The notes under the pieces are model-generated. The model worked only from the letters and a program-made list of their open reading frames with translations. It did not search any database and was not told the origin of the DNA. A program made the translations under genes and the position numbers. A stretch of DNA of 64,000 nt from an uncultured Acidobacteriota bacterium (GTDB taxonomy: Bacteria > Acidobacteriota > UBA6911): assembly GCA_963827655.1 (NCBI GenBank), contig CAWHCF010000032.1:1-64000 (forward strand). The letters run 5' to 3'. Below are positions 62,517-64,000 of this stretch, piece by piece; the first letter of the stretch is position 1; each line of letters opens with the position of its first letter.

Positions 62517-62882
62517 TCAGGCGGTGCGCGGGCTCAGAAGCCGCTTCTGCCGCGCCACCGCGACCACTGCCGCCACGCGCTCGGCTTCGGCGCGGGCCAC
62601 GTCGCGGCCGAATGAGGTTAGCCGGTAATAACGCCGCCGCTCGTCGTCCAGGGCACGAGCCGGCCGGCGGCCGGATTCTTCGATCAGTCCATCGGCCAGC
62701 AGGCGCTTGACGATCCCGTAGAGCGTTCCGGTGCTGAGCCGGACTTTGCCGTCCGTCAGATGCTCGACCTCCTTGATGACCGCGTAGCCGTGTTTTTCGC
62801 CATCCACCAGCGCCAGCAGGGTATGGAACATTGCCGGGGTGAGCGGCAGGAGAATGTGCGGGTCGCGCCTTGCCGTTGTCAT
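62517..62882 (-). CDS. PadR family transcriptional regulator
   Basis: PLTPAMFHTLLAL..GEKHGYAV; GTLYG; RRRYYRLT..GR. Confidence 0.92.
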   Translation of the reverse strand: MTTARRDPHILLPLTPAMFHTLLALVDGEKHGYAVIKEVEHLTDGKVRLSTGTLYGIVKRLLADGLIEESGRRPARALDDERRRYYRLTSFGRDVARAEAERVAAVVAVARQKRLLSPRTA

Positions 62883-62924
62883 TGTTGCCTCCTGAACCGG
62901 GCCCATTGAGTCGCGCGGCGAGCC

Positions 62925-62967
62925 TCTATCGCGAGTCACAATACATCGCGTCACGACTTATTGTCAA
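62925..62967 (-). promoter_or_regulatory. Putative promoter/operator of the padR-permease operon
   Basis: Reverse strand TTGACA-N18-TATTGT, overlapped by repeated GTGAC..CGCGAT boxes. Confidence 0.45.
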
Positions 62968-63131
62968 GATCACCGGTTGCCCGCGGGTTTGGAGGGGCGG
63001 GAAGCGCTCGCTGGACAAGCCGGCGGGCTGTGCAAGCCCCGTCAAGCTCGGCAGAGCCGCGTAGGTAACAGGGCCTAAGGCCCGGCAGGGAATAGCCCCG
63101 CCCTCACGATACGTAACTACCATCATTACCG

Positions 63132-64000
63132 TCACCGCTGCCGGGATTCTTCCAGCAGCGCCGCCAGATGCTGCTGCCAGAGCTGGGGCCAGGAATGGGT
63201 GCCGTGACCGCGCGTCTGATCGCTGATGGGGATCAGGACGAACCGCCCGCGCGTTCACTCGTTTGATTTCCCGCTCGACAATACCCAATTCGGGCGGATT
63301 GACCTGATCGTCGGCGGAATTGATGGCCACGAGCGGGGCCTGAATCTTCTCCAGGTTCGGCGCCGGATCGTAGTCGCGCGATGCGTCAAAGTAGTAGAGC
63401 ATGTCGTTGGCATCGGTTCGCGCCAGCTGCGCGCGCACCTGGTCGTCAAACAACCGGTCCGCCGCCAGGCGCGTCGGCGCCTGCTTCTGCAGTTGCAGCG
63501 GGCTGCTGGTCATGAAGGTCAAGGCATAGACGGCCGCGGTGAGACCTCGCGGCTGCGTCTGGTATTCCCCGTTGTTCCATTCCGGATCGTCGCGGATGGA
63601 ATCGAGGATCATCCGCCGAATCATCCGGTTTCGGCCCGAGATCTGAATGGGCAGGCAGGCCAAGGGCATGAGGGCATCCATGAACTCAGGATACTTTTGA
63701 CCCCAGAGCCATGTGTGCATACCGCCCATCGAAGTGCCCATCACCAACCTCAGATGATTGACGCCGAGCCCTTCGGTCAAAAGCCGGTGCTGCGCCACGA
63801 CCATGTCGTTGTAGTTGTAGTGGGGAAACCGGGCGCGAAGGCCGTCGCTGGGCTTGCTCGACTGGCCGTGCCCAACGTTGTCGGGAAGGATGATGAAGTG
63901 CCTGGCCGCGTCCAGGAGCTGCCCGGGACCAAAGAGGACACCGCCAAACTGCGCGGAGAGAAAGCCGCGTCCGCTGCCCCCGGTGCCGTGGAGGATCAGT
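63132..64000 (-). CDS. Homoserine O-acetyltransferase-like alpha/beta hydrolase (5' end beyond window; frameshift near 63250)
   Basis: LILHGTGGSG; GTSMGGMH nucleophile elbow; INSADD; GHGTH in a shifted frame. Confidence 0.85.

Overview
This GC-rich 64 kb window looks like a member of the Acidobacteriota: it has two Oar-like TonB-dependent receptors, an ADOP permease with its PadR regulator, an ECF sigma/anti-sigma/HEAT operon and PVC-type heme proteins. It has no rRNA, intact tRNA, CRISPR array or intact integrase/transposase. Coding content is mostly secreted or periplasmic enzymes, peptidases, two Ser/Thr kinases, five type II toxin-antitoxin loci (two have lost their toxin) and a Fic protein. 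Many short genes carry 1-nt frameshifts, which may be long-read errors or decay. The most notable structures are: (1) a ~5 kb accessory segment bracketed by two orphan copies of the same TonB-receptor 3' end, containing an IS91-like remnant and a tRNA-Cys 3' half split by a REP-like insert; (2) two MITEs, one inserted exactly into a stop codon; (3) three families of short intergenic repeats; (4) a TIR protein with a duplicated uncharacterised C-terminal domain; (5) a homologue of cyanobacterial fluorescence recovery protein behind half an attC site. No complete new system can be proven from the sequence alone. All family calls come from motif recognition by eye, not from database searches.
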